Assembly: GCA_951406725.2 (NCBI GenBank)
Contig: OX597821.1
Coordinates: 113,274,001 to 113,338,000 of the forward strand
DNA from: Octopus vulgaris
Lineage: Eukaryota
DNA: 64,000 nt
Direction of reading: 5' to 3'
Every line of letters begins with the position of its first letter. The first letter of the stretch is position 1. Made by a program: the position numbers and the translations under genes. The notes under the pieces were generated by a model that ran no database searches, was not told the origin of the DNA, and was given only the letters and a program-made list of their open reading frames with translations. Of the stretch, positions 53,958 through 64,000 are shown piece by piece.

Positions 53958-54469
53958 TATACATATACATACATATATATATACATACATACATACACAC
54001 ACATAAATACACACACGTACATACATACACACACACATACACATACATACATACATACATACATACATACATACATACATACATACATACATACATACAT
54101 ACATACATACGTGTACACACACACGCTCACAGGCATACATATACACACGTCACCACCACAACCATAAACACCACTGGCGCCACCACCACCACCACAACAG
54201 CAACAACAACAATAGCACAACCCCCGCCGCCACCACCACCACCACCGTTATCATTTCTTACCCTCGTAACTCGAAAGTAACTTCTGAAGTGTTTCAGCTT
54301 AGAAAGTTATGTTTGTTGTTGCTGCTGCTGTTGTTGTTGTTGTTTTTGTTTTTGTTGTTGTTGTTGGTGGTGGTGGTGTTGTGCATACCGGCAGATATTG
54401 CCATTAATTTATGCAAATATATGAAATTTTATATAAAATGTCAATTCTAACAAAGAAGGAATATCACAC

Positions 54470-55414
54470 ACACACATACATACATGCATGCATACATACA
54501 TACATACATACATACATACATACATACATACATACATACGTACATACATACATACATACATACATACATAAATACATACATGCATACATACATACATACA
54601 TACATACATACATACATACATACATACATAAATACATACATACATACATACATACATACATACATACATACATACATACATACATACATACATACATACA
54701 TACATACATACATACATACATACATACATACATACATACATACATACATACATACATACATACATACATACATACATACATACATACATACATACATACA
54801 TACATACATACACACATACATACATGCATGCATACATACATACATACATACATACATACATTCATACATACATACATACATACATACATACATACATACA
54901 TACATACATACATACATACATACATACATACATACACATACATACATACATACATACATACATACATACATACATACATACATACATACATACATACATA
55001 CATACATACATTCATGCATACATACATACATACATACATACATACATACATACATACATACATACATACATACATACATACATACATACATACATACATA
55101 CATACATACATACATACATACATACATACATACATACATACATACATACATACATACATACATACATACATACATACATACATACATACATACATACATA
55201 CATACATACATACATACATGCATACATACATACATTCATGCATACATACATACATACATACATACGTACATACATACATACATGCATACATACATACATA
55301 CATACATGCATACGTACATACATACATACATACATACATACATACATACATACACACACACATACATACATACATACATACATACATACATACATACATA
55401 CATACATACATACA

Positions 55415-55446
<32 letters not shown>

Positions 55447-55494
55447 CACATACATGCTTACATGCATGTATGTATGTATATATTTATATGTATG
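54470..55494. repeat. (CATA)n microsatellite, ~1 kb
   Basis: Direct reading. Confidence 0.97.
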
Positions 55495-55899
55495 TCATTG
55501 TTCAGTTTTATTTCAAGATTTCTTGCTAATAGAGAAAGAACCGGTTTCTAACCTAGATTCAAGGCTCCTTTATTGGAATTTCAACATCAACAAGAGGGAA
55601 TTTTTGTTTGTATGTATGTATGTATGTATGTATGTATGTATGTATGTATGGTTTGCTTTATGTATATATTCTCACGCATATAGCTGCATATCTAGATATG
55701 CTCATATATATATATATATATATAAATGCTAGACTTCTGGAAAGTTTTACAGATTTTTACAGTTCCAGTGATGGATTGGATCTGTAGTCTTCTAATTAGC
55801 TTTCTACTTTCTGGTTTTGAGAAGCCTAATTTCTCAAGATTGGTATTTAAGCAGAGTATTACATATCCCAGGGCCTCAATAATTACAGGTATATACCTG
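55495..55899 (-). mobile_element. 5'-truncated RLE-type LINE, TACA-associated group
   Basis: YIPVIIEALGYV....NTNLEKLGFSKPESRKLIRRLQIQSITGTVKICKTFQKSSI; 3' UTR matches 18658-18990. Confidence 0.85.
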
Positions 55900-55921
55900 G
55901 TACGTATGCATGTGTGCATGT

Positions 55922-56142
55922 CTTGTATTTCTCTCGTTCACTCGCAAAAAAGAACACAGTGATACTCTAGATAGGTCTATTACCTGTCTCTGAAACAGTG
56001 TATAAGAAAAGACAAAGGTAAAAAGAGAAACGCCCCTCCACCAATGCTTCTTATATAGCGGTAAGTCATTCGAATAATATACCTTCCAGCCTTCATCAAG
56101 TGTCTTGGGGAAATTTCGAACCTGGATTCTCATTCTTATTCA

Positions 56143-56207
<65 letters not shown>

Positions 56208-56284
56208 GCCCGTGGGCATATGGCGTAGTGGTTGAGAGCGCGGGCTACTAACCCCAAGATTCCGAGTTCGATTCCAAGCAGTGA

Positions 56285-56368
<84 letters not shown>

Positions 56369-56878
56369 CAACAACAACATCGAAAAAACCTTAGGAATGA
56401 GAACCTAAGTTCAAATTTCCCCCAAGGCACCTAATGAAGGCTGGTGGGTGTATCAGCTGAAACGTTGTGTTAACAACAAACGAGGACAAATATCCGTCAA
56501 ATGTCAATAATGTAAATAATGAACTCTAACTCTATTAGGTAAAATAAATATATTCGTAAAACTCTTGACAAAACAATAATTTAACTGATATTATAAATAC
56601 AGAAAGGCAGAAGCTTACGTGCAAAACTGGTTGTTTACCATTGAAATAATTGAATTATCAACGTCAGGGTGAAAAGTCCACTCGACAAGGTTAGTCTTTC
56701 TTATCCTATCGGCGACGCCATTTTGTTGTGTTTCTCTCGTTCACTCGCAAAGAACACAGTTATATTCCAGATAGGTCTATTATCTGTCTCTCAAATAGTG
56801 TATTAGAAAAGACAAAGGCAAAAGGAGAAAGGCTCTTCTACCAGCGCTGCTTATATGGCGGTAAGCCATTAGAATATT
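55922..56878. repeat. ~155-bp diverged direct repeat pair (55922-56077 and 56726-56878)
   Basis: TTTCTCTCGTTCACTCGCAAA...GATAGGTCTATTA...GAAAAGACAAAGG...GCGGTAAG.CATT. Confidence 0.8.
56078..56520 (+). mobile_element. Fold-back element: tRNA-like head, (AAT/AAC)n spacer and hammerhead-type tail, with inverted partial left arm
   Basis: A box TGGCGTAGTGG 56221-56231, B box GAGTTCGATTCC 56264-56275; tail GGCAC-CTAATGA-AGGCTG..CAGCT-GAAA-CGTT-GTGTT 56426-56471; 56078-56211 is an inverted copy of tail and spacer; axis ATATGCCC-GT-GGGCATAT. Confidence 0.75.
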
Positions 56879-56985
56879 CTAGAGAGTTCTACAACTTACC
56901 ATTCGATTCTACTGGACAGATTCGCATGACAGCAATTTCTATTGGACAGATTTAGATGCTAGCCATCTCCACAACAGTACGTATG

Positions 56986-57773
56986 TCATTATTTTGTTTT
57001 ATTTCAAGATTTTTTTTTGCCAATAGAGAAAGAACCGGTTTCTAACGTAAATCCAACGAAGTATGTAAGTATGTATGCATGTATATGTGCAGATTTGTAT
57101 GTTTTGTTTTACGTATGTATTCTCATGCATATAGTTGCCTTTCTAGACCTGCTCATATATATTTAAATGCTAGACTTCTGGAAACTTTTACAGATTTTTA
57201 CAGTTCTAGTGATCGACTGGATCTATAGTCTTCGAATCAGCTTTCTCCTTTCTGGTTTTGAGAAGCTTATTTTCTCGAGATTTAAACTTAGTCAGTGTTT
57301 TACATACTGTTATCAGCAAACTTAGTCAAGGGATGTGCTTCGACACTTGGTGTTTAAAAGATGTTGCCGAAGGCTTGGATCAATGTTAAGCCTCTTCTCC
57401 CTTGTTTTCGTTGCAGGAAAAGGCGTCTACATCACTGTTGATACGGAAATTATGTGTGCTGGTTAGTATTTTCCGGGTTTTTACATCAAAGGGTCGGATT
57501 TAATCAAGCGTCCAATCAAGCAGCCCAAACGTTGATATGCGTACTGGCACTGCAAACCCATAGTGGGCCACTATTAACTGAAGTCTATCTTTTCTTTATT
57601 CGGCAGTAATATTCTTTAGTGACATGTGTTTTGTTACAAGTGCCATCGTAAGATATGTTTCCATCCACCCCTAGAGATCTGTAACATTCCTCGTCAGATA
57701 CAGGAGAAACAGTCAAATCGTTGATGGAGATGGTGCTTGTCTGGATTACAGCCTTCCCTCTTTTCACAACCAT
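56986..57773 (-). mobile_element. Internally deleted RLE-type LINE, TACA-associated group
   Basis: Late-RT/thumb remnant (CYRSLGV ~ YKYLG; FAVPV..TFGLLDWT...DVKTRKIL) joined to the same C-terminus and 3' UTR as 55495-55899. Confidence 0.8.
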
Positions 57774-58931
57774 ATATGTATGTACGTACGTACGTATGTA
57801 TGTATGTATGTATGTATGTATGTATGTATGTATGTATGTATGCATGCATGCATGCATGTATGTATGTATGTATGTATGTATGTATGTATGTATGTATGTA
57901 TGTATGTATGTATGTATATTAGAATTTTATGAGCATTAACAATTGTGGCATTGTAAGGCGTTTAAAACTTTTCCCCCTCCATTGTGTCTGCTTTTTGTCC
58001 CTCATTGTCTGGTATCATAATCACAAACGGAAATGGAAACCGGAGCGCCAGAAGTGCTTGTTAAATATCTACTATTCATGTCTGCCATAAAGTATTGTGT
58101 CAATGGCTGATAGGGTCGCGACATTAAATTTGTTGTAGTACTTGGTTTCGAGTTCGTATTCTGCTGAGACCGAATTTTTTTTCTTTTCTTTTCTATTTTT
58201 TTTTTTTTTTTTTGAATAGCGTTTCAAGTTTAAAAATGCAAGTACTGGGGTCGGGTTGTACGACTAAGCCCTTCGAATCGCTGCTCCAGCATGGCTGCAG
58301 TGAGTGAAACAAACGAGTGAAAGAAAGCAACCCAAGTTTAAAATGGGAAAATTAGATGTAAACACCACCACCACCACCACCACCACCACCACCACCACCA
58401 CCACCACCACCACCACGGTGCTACTGCTAGTGATGAAGAGGACAACGACGACGACGACGACGACGATGGCGATGATACCATAGGTGGTGGTGGAGGTGGT
58501 GGTGGTGGTGGTGGTAGCGATGGTGGCGGTGATGGTGCTAGTTTAGATGTGGTGGTGGAGATGGTGGTGCTTTACTTGGTGCAGGTGTTCACATTAATGT
58601 TGGTGATGGAGGTGATGGTGGTGCTGGTGCTGGTGGTAGAGGCACTGGTATCGATGGTGGTTACAGTGATGGTGGCCGATGATGATGTTAGAGGTGCTGG
58701 TGCTGATGCTTGCTGCTGCTTGGTGGTGGCGTCGGCGGTGGTGGTGGCGGTTGTAGTGTTGGCAGTGGAGGCGGTGATGGTGGTGGTGGCAGGGTGATGT
58801 CTATAGAGATGAATAAAAGAACAACAATGCCGGAAGCAATAAAACAAAATAACAAAAAAAAAACAATTTGCGTTAACAAAAACAGTTTCAATAAAACTGT
58901 CGACAATAAATCAGGTTGAAAGTAAACAAAC

Positions 58932-59567
58932 AGCATCGTCATCATCACCATCACCACAACCATCACCGCCATCATCTTCATCATGACCATCATGACCATC
59001 ATCACCACCATCACCACCATCATCTTCATAACCATCATCATCATCATAGTCATCATCACCATCACCACAACCATCACCACCATCATCTTCATCATGACCA
59101 TCATCTTCATCATAACCATCATCATCATCATAGTCATCATCACCATCATGACCATCATCACCGCCATCACCACCATCATCTTCATAACCATCATCATCAT
59201 CATAGTCATCATCACCATCACCACAACCATCACCACCATCATCTTCATCATAACCATCATCACCATCATAGTCATCATCACCATCACCACAACCATCACC
59301 GCCATCATCTTCATCATGACCATCATGACCATCACCACCATCACCACCATCATCTTCATAACCATCATCATCATCATAGTCATCATCACCATCAAAATAA
59401 CCATCACCGTCATCATCTTCATCATAGTCATGATCATCACCATCACCACAACCATCACCGCTATCATCTTCATCATGACCATCATCACCATCATCACCAC
59501 TATCACCACCATCATCTTCATAACCATCATCATCGTCATAGTCATCATCACCATCATCACCACCACC
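58932..59567. repeat. (CAT/CAC) trinucleotide-derived minisatellite with ~60-bp higher-order units
   Basis: Recurring CATCATCTTCATAACCATCATCATCATCATAGTCATCATCACCATCACCACAAC. Confidence 0.9.
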
Positions 59568-60267
59568 TATTCCATTGTCTTATCTCGTTATCTTCATCAG
59601 CACCACCGTCACCTCCACCACCACCACTACAAGTACCACCAGCGGGCACCGCCACCGCTACAACCCAGTAGCTACAATAACAATTGGATATGAATTTACT
59701 AGAACTGGACCAATGGCTGCCAAAACCGAAACAATCTCCTACTCCACTTCCAAGTACTCACCAGGAACCGAACCATCGACGCCACCACTGCTGCTTGTCA
59801 CTCGTCAATGATAAAGCCTTTGCGCTCGACCGAAGACAAACAGACAGGTTCTATGGGATTAGAACAGTCTTAAAAAATCAAGGGTATACTCGATTAGTAT
59901 GGCCCTCGATACAATATGTCTGGAGAAATGATAGAGAGTGTGGTCATGGTTGGAACGCATTTGGTTATATATTTATTCGAACAGGGTTGACTTAGAATTT
60001 ATTGCTTGAGACGGAGAAAGTCAAAAATTTAGTGGAGAAGGGAGATGACTGGAGTATGTCGACCCCAGCATTCAACTGTTACTTCATTTTATCGATCCCA
60101 GTACTTGACTGATACATTACTTGATCGATCCTAGTCCTTGACTGATTCTTCAAATCATCGAGCCCCGGGAAATATAAAAAAAAAAAAACAAAGTTGGCGT
60201 AAGCGAAATTCGAACTCAGAACGTAACGAGCTGGAACAAACACGGCAAGGCGTTCTATCCAGTATTA

Positions 60268-60517
60268 TTGCATTGGTGCATAATTATTGCGGCTTTTTTC
60301 GAACAAATTTTATTCAACAAAAACAATAACAATATTTCACAAAAACATCTTTAAATGGGGGTCTGGCCGTCTGCCAAGCAAATGGGAAGCAGTAATTGAA
60401 GTAGATAGTGAATATGCTTCGGAATAATCATTTAAAGATGTTTTTGTTACATGTTGTTATTGGTTTTGTTGGATAAACTTTGTTGAAAACAGCCGCAATA
60501 ATTATGCACCAACCCAA
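60268..60517 (+). mobile_element. Internally deleted mariner element (MITE)
   Basis: ~90-bp TIRs TTG..TTGGTGCATAATTATTGCGGC / GCCGCAATAATTATGCACCAACCCAA, TA on the left; core encodes RLPSKWEAVIEVDSEY, the mariner transposase C-terminus. Confidence 0.8.
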
Positions 60518-60589
60518 TTCAAAGATGATGTTTATAACCGCCATAACTTGGAGGGAAATCTTGCTTTCAAATTTTACCAGAAGACCAAC

Positions 60590-61120
60590 AAGTTCGCGAA
60601 TACATCGACCCTAGTTATCAATTGGTATTCATCGACCGCGAAAGGATGAAAGGCAAAGCCGACTTCGGAGGAATTTGAACGTAAAGAATCAAGAAATGCC
60701 GTAAAAGATTTTGCGCAGTGCGCTAACGAAACTGCCAGCTCGCCGCCTTACTTGGAGTTAAATATTGTCTTTAAATTTTGGTATAAGGCCAGTGTTCAAA
60801 TGGTATTTATTTTATCGATCTCGAAAGGAAGAAAGACAAAGTCGACCCCGGCGGAATTTGAACTCAGAACGCAGCGGCGGACGAAATACCTATTTCTTTA
60901 TTACCCACAAGGGGTCTAAACACAGAGGGGACAAACAAGGACAGACAAACGGATTAAGTCGTTTATATCGACCCCAGTGCATAACTGGTGCTTAATTTAT
61001 CGACCCCGAAAGGATGAAAGGCAAAGTCGACCTCGGCGGAATTTGAACTCAGAACGCAGCGGCGGACGAAATACCACAGAGCATTTCGCCCGACGTGCTA
61101 ACGTTTCTGCCAGCTCGCCG
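60590..61120 (-). mobile_element. SINE family A cluster (old copy 60590-60750, duplicated-body copy 60790-61120)
   Basis: AATTTGAACTCAGAACGCAGCGGCGGACGAAATACC occurs twice. Confidence 0.8.
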
Positions 61121-61579
61121 TCTCACTTGAAATTAAATACTCATTGTAATGTAACTCTTTCAAGAATAATAACACTCAACACCGCACCCCGAGATGCTCA
61201 CCGGCGGCGGCGGTGGTGGTAGTGGCGACGGTGGCGATGGCGGCAGTGATGGTGCTAGTTTAGATGTGGTGGTAGTGGGGATGGTGGTGTTATTTTTGGT
61301 GCAGGTGTTGACATTGGTGGTGGTGGTGGTGGTGGTGGTGGTGACGGTAGAGGCACTGATATTGATGGTAGTTACATTCTATAACGTCACTTACAATGTC
61401 AGAAAACAAATTGGAAGATTCCGCTCAAAATTGACACTAATTCTTCCTTCTCTTCATCTTCGCAAACAGCTTTTTGGTTATTTACTAAAAGGAACTTTAT
61501 CGAATGTTCTTTCCTTTCATCAAGTATTCACCTCATGTGGCTATCGTGAATATAGCAGCTTTCATGATATTGATTTCAA

Positions 61580-61787
61580 ATTTCGGCACAAGGCCAGCAA
61601 TTTTAGGGGTTGGGGTAAGTTGATCACATCGACCCCTCTGCTCAACTGCTGTTCATTTTCATCGACTCTGAAAGAATGAAAGGCGAAGTCGACCCCGGTG
61701 TCATTTGAACAGAGAACGTGAAGACGGACGAAATACCGCAAGGCATTTTGTCCGGCGTTCTAACGATTCTCCCACCTCGTCGCCTTA
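61580..61787 (-). mobile_element. SINE family A
   Basis: GGCACAAGGCCAGC...GAATGAAAGGCGAAGTCGACC...GTCGCCTT. Confidence 0.75.
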
Positions 61788-62397
61788 GCAGTTATCATGA
61801 ATACAGTTGCCAGGAGCACAGGTCAAATCTTGCAGCCTGGTAACTGCCAAGAACACGGTTGTTGAAAATACTAGGGAATCGAAAAGAAACAGCTGTGGAG
61901 GGCTTGGCATTCATCAAATAACCAAAAATGTTACACATTCTGACCACAGATTTTATCAAATACTTGACTTATGTAAACTGTCAGGAAAAGAGACACCATC
62001 AGATCCATCGCAGACATCATCCCTGTATCTATGACACAAGCATCCTCTTTTAAAGTAACCTAAATTAAAACATTCTATCAAAATGTCATGTGAAAGTTGC
62101 ACAAAGTTATTTTATTAAATTCTTCAGTATTTTCAAAATTAATTGAAAAAAAAAAGGCGATACATTTCAACAAAAATATATTTACAAGTGGGATAATGAA
62201 GGAACCTCTGAACGGTCCGCGGCATTTTGTTCTTCTTTACGTTCTGATCGCTGAGGTCGACATTGCCTTTCATATCGGAATTGATAAAATAACCACCAGT
62301 AGAGCACTAAGGTCGATGTAATCGACTAGCCCCCCCCCCCCACTTCAAAATTTCAGGCCTTGTGTCTTTTGTAGAAAGGATTATTATTATTATTATT

Positions 62398-62921
62398 CTA
62401 TGTTTGACTTTTGCTTTACATTTGCACAAGCTGGCTCCAAGTCTCACCCAGAGACCTCAAGAGACAACAAGCTGGAAGTTCATGTTGGTGTTATGCCTAG
62501 GGTGCCATATATTTGGTTTTGTACTTAGTGTTGTACTAGTGAATGCCTAAAAAACCATACGAAAATTATGTTTGTTTTAAAACTTGAGATTACAAAGAAA
62601 GTATTTTGCGTAGGATATGAACAGTTCCCATGAGCTTTTGAATTTCTGCCATTTTGGGGTTTCCTGGTATATGAGTTAGGTAGCAATCATCTCCTTTTGC
62701 TATCATTCCCAGGGCACCTATGACAACAGGTATTGTTTTAGTCTTCAGGTTCCACATTTTGCCGATTTCTATTTCCAGATCTTTATATTTGCTCAGTTTC
62801 TGGTAGGTTTTGATTGATACGTTTATATCGATTGGGACAGTCATATCAATGAGGAGGCATGTTTTTTGTCTGAAGTCTTTTACTATGATGTCTGGCCTAT
62901 TCGCGTCTATCTTTCTGTCAG

Positions 62922-62923
<2 letters not shown>
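62398..62923 (-). mobile_element. 5'-truncated Dong/R4-like LINE in (TAA)n, second subfamily
   Basis: TDRKIDANRPDIIVKD....CLLIDMTVP...KLSKYKDLEIEIGKMWNLKTKTIPVVIGALG; TTA tracts both sides. Confidence 0.88.
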
Positions 62924-62971
<48 letters not shown>

Positions 62972-62974
62972 CAT

Positions 62975-63407
62975 TCAGTAGTTTTATTTTTATAGCGTGC
63001 TTTCACTTCACTACCGAGCGCAACTCTGTGTGCCTTGGGTATGTGCTGTGATTTGTTGTGATGCTTTGATGGTTATTGTATGGAAAGTGTTCTGCGTAGG
63101 ATGTGTGCAGTGCCTAGTAGTGCAATTTTCTGTATGTTATATGTGTTTGTAAGTCCTGGTGTTTTTGTTATGTATTTGTCTGAATATATTTTTATCATGC
63201 CTAATGCACCTACTATGATAGGAATTGTTTCTGTTTTCAGATTCCACATTCTAGTTACCTCTATTTCCAGGTCTTTGTATTTTGAGAGTTTCTCCATTTC
63301 TTTTAGAGACACGTTGTCATCTGCCGGTACTGATACATCAATTAGAAAGCATTTTTTTTCTTCATGGTCTCTGACAACTATATCTGGTCTGTTGGCCTTA
63401 ATTTCTC

Positions 63408-63408
<1 letters not shown>
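62975..63408 (-). mobile_element. 5'-truncated Dong/R4-like LINE in (TAA)n
   Basis: REIKANRPDIVVRDHEEKKCFLIDVSVPADDNVSLKEMEKLSKYKDL...; open frame; TTA tracts both sides. Confidence 0.9.
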
Positions 63409-63467
<59 letters not shown>

Positions 63468-63472
63468 CATTA

Positions 63473-63564
<92 letters not shown>

Positions 63565-63593
63565 AGAATTTGGAGATACCAGTTCGAAAAAAG

Positions 63594-63681
63594 ATGCTGA
63601 ATGTATGTAGAGTGTTTTCGTCTCACAGAATACTTGTGATTCTTACAGGATTTCTTCTTGTTGCTGTTTTCGTATTCATTG
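63594..63681 (+). CDS. Probable coding exon (exon 63567-63681) encoding an N-terminal signal anchor, MLNVCRVFSSHRILVILTGFLLVAVFVFI(G); gene continues beyond the window
   Basis: TAACAG acceptor ending 63566, AAGATG start at 63594, short basic tail then 17 hydrophobic residues, strong TG|GTAAGT donor at 63682 (phase 1). Confidence 0.65.
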
Positions 63682-64000
63682 GTAAGTACCCTCTAGCGTT
63701 TGGCTGCTACGAAGAATTTGCAACCAATTTTGTTTTCGCTAATTGTTGTGCAAGAAATTAAATATATTAGCAGTTGCTTTCCTTTTAAATCTTTCTCACT
63801 TCTTGTATTTCGACAAAATAAACCAACATTACGGTAGCTTGTCAAAATTATCAGAGCGTGAGGAAAAATTGTCTTGCGGTACCCTTTGCCTGTTTCGATC
63901 GTTAGACTGCGGCCATGCACTGACAAACATTTCGTGCTGCACGAAACTTTGTCAGTGAACAGGTCGCGGTCTCAAAGCGACGAAAATATTATGACAAATG

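Noticed and set aside
54411-55732. ORFs over 300 aa of HTYI / MYVC repeats (also at 8.2, 34.4 and 41.3 kb)
   Set aside because: Translations of stop-free (CATA)n and (TG)n microsatellites
56214-56285. tRNA gene (anticodon ACT-like loop)
   Set aside because: Acceptor and T stems do not pair properly and it is fused to a repeat tail; treated as a SINE head
58916-59693. His-rich 251-aa ORF and overlapping Ile/Thr- and Met/Val-rich ORFs, tempting as a cephalopod His-rich beak protein
   Set aside because: CAT/CAC repeats are open in several frames by construction; no signal peptide and no Gly/Ala-His motifs of the known beak proteins

Overview
AT-rich, repeat-saturated eukaryotic DNA. The SINE families and very long TA/CA/TACA/GATA/TAA microsatellites look like a coleoid cephalopod (Octopus) genome; this host call is recognition, not a database result. 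Almost all long ORFs in the track are microsatellite artefacts. The window holds three abundant tRNA-derived SINE families, a full-length but dead IR/DR Tc1 (DD34E) element, hAT and mariner MITEs, a 6-bp-TSD MITE carrying TTAGGG repeats, non-autonomous Helitrons, solo LTRs, and fragments of L1/Tx1, CR1 and RTE LINEs. It also holds many 5'-truncated restriction-like-endonuclease (R4/Dong-like) LINEs that split into a (TAA)n-embedded group and a (TACA)n-embedded group. Several Penelope-type hammerhead-ribozyme motifs occur, one fused to a tRNA-like Pol III head in a fold-back element. The only convincing host coding sequence is one + strand exon near the end (63567-63681) encoding an N-terminal transmembrane anchor, so most of the window is probably intergenic or 5' intron. 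No CRISPR array, rRNA or intact tRNA gene was found.
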